A stretch of DNA of 64,000 bases, taken from contig CM119371.1 in NCBI GenBank assembly GCA_051294905.1, positions 16,122,001 through 16,186,000 on the forward strand, given 5' to 3'. The notes below the pieces were generated by a model. That model was not told the origin of the DNA and made no database searches. It worked only from the letters and a program-made list of their open reading frames with translations. A program made the position numbers and the translations under genes. This document shows positions 62,889 through 64,000 of the stretch, piece by piece. Position 1 is the first letter of the stretch. Each line of letters starts with the position of its first letter. This DNA is from Botryllus schlosseri (lineage: Eukaryota).

Positions 62889-64000
62889 ACCTAGAACGTG
62901 AAATAATGATCAAAACTTTATACGATATAGGATGTGGTTCATGACTGTACCACTATACCACCACATAACCAACAGGATATCACTAAATCATTACTTACTG
63001 ACGAAGTGTATATAAACACGATGATCACAGCATGCATGACATTGGCTTGTTAATACATATCTGTATTTATGCACTGCACAGTGCACAGTGTACACAGACT
63101 AGTGACTAAAGAGCGCACACTGCCTAAGTGCGCAAACTGCACATAGGGCTGTTCAAAAATAACTTATTTTTCTGGATTCCAGTCATTCAGTGATTAAATT
63201 GTCAGCCCCATGAAATTGTTGAGCTGTCTTCAGAGACGATGCAAAACAAATTTGACTCAATTCCAACCAGTAGAAGCGGAGTTATTGGAGTTTTTCGTTG
63301 ATAATTCTCGGATTATCCTTGCACAGCACATGCACAATTGCTCATATTACACTAACGCCGCCGTTACATTACATGCAAATTCTTGCTCATTTTGAGCGTC
63401 GTATTCACCGGAAGCCCAAATCTGTACAGCGGATTCCCACGCTTGGACGCCGTCAAATGTACAATATATTCACAGCACGGGCAATGCAGATGCTACCAAC
63501 CAACACGGATTTAAACATGCGTTGTTGTCATTGATTAATGATTAGGCCAGACATATATTGCAAGACCCACGAAGACCCGCTGAAACAGACATCTCAATTA
63601 TGCAGATATTACTAAATTAGTATCGACCGACAGGCAATATAAGATATAAACCCGACTTCGCCTCAGCAGCAAACTTAACAATATAAGTTCTAGATTTGTC
63701 GAAGGATGGTGCATGATTTTAGACAGCGATTTTAGATACAATTGATGCAATTCGATGCAATTGTTGAATACGCATCATGGTTTCTGGGTAATACAACTAT
63801 TTCATGCACTATGCCTCTCTCTGACGCGTGTTTTTGTAACTTGATTTAGATTCTTGCGATGAAACATCATTGTTAATCGCAGTCGCAATATCTAGCAACG
63901 AATTTCATTTCAGTGAATACTCAACCGCCGTAAAACGATTCGTCATCGCAGCGACCTGGTGCGTTGCGATAGCTTCCTAGAATTTGGCAGCAGGTTCGCG

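Noticed and set aside
63065..63145. Cluster of TGCAC/TGCGC motifs resembling metal response elements
   Set aside because: Only about two fit TGCRCNC, with no nearby promoter evidence; compatible with chance
60680..64000. Integrin PSI and signal-peptide exons
   Set aside because: No convincing CxWC-encoding exon found on the minus strand; presumed outside the window

Overview
Repeat-rich eukaryotic (metazoan, probably marine invertebrate; tunicate is only a guess) genomic DNA. The main gene is a minus-strand integrin beta subunit. I could trace 16 GT-AG exons with consistent phases from 60677 to the stop at 24824 (about 778 aa); the signal-peptide and PSI exons were not found and probably lie beyond the window. 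Its introns hold two near-identical intron-containing tRNA-Leu(CAA) genes, a complete PIF/Harbinger transposon (DDE transposase with one nonsense codon plus a spliced MADF-BESS gene), a homogenised 47-bp tandem array, two ~560-580 bp foldback elements, many hAT MITEs with 8-bp TSDs and several tRNA-derived SINEs. Left of the integrin are a young 5'-truncated I-group LINE with intact ORF2, a decayed second I-group LINE, a Penelope-like fragment and a small spliced gene for a secreted four-cysteine peptide. Most interesting: (1) modular SINEs that share a central core but carry three different 3' tails, one matching the 3' hairpin+(TAA)n end of the LINEs in this window; (2) the secreted CxxDxDC peptide; (3) four extra cysteines in the integrin beta-tail. 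All calls were made by eye; no searches were run.
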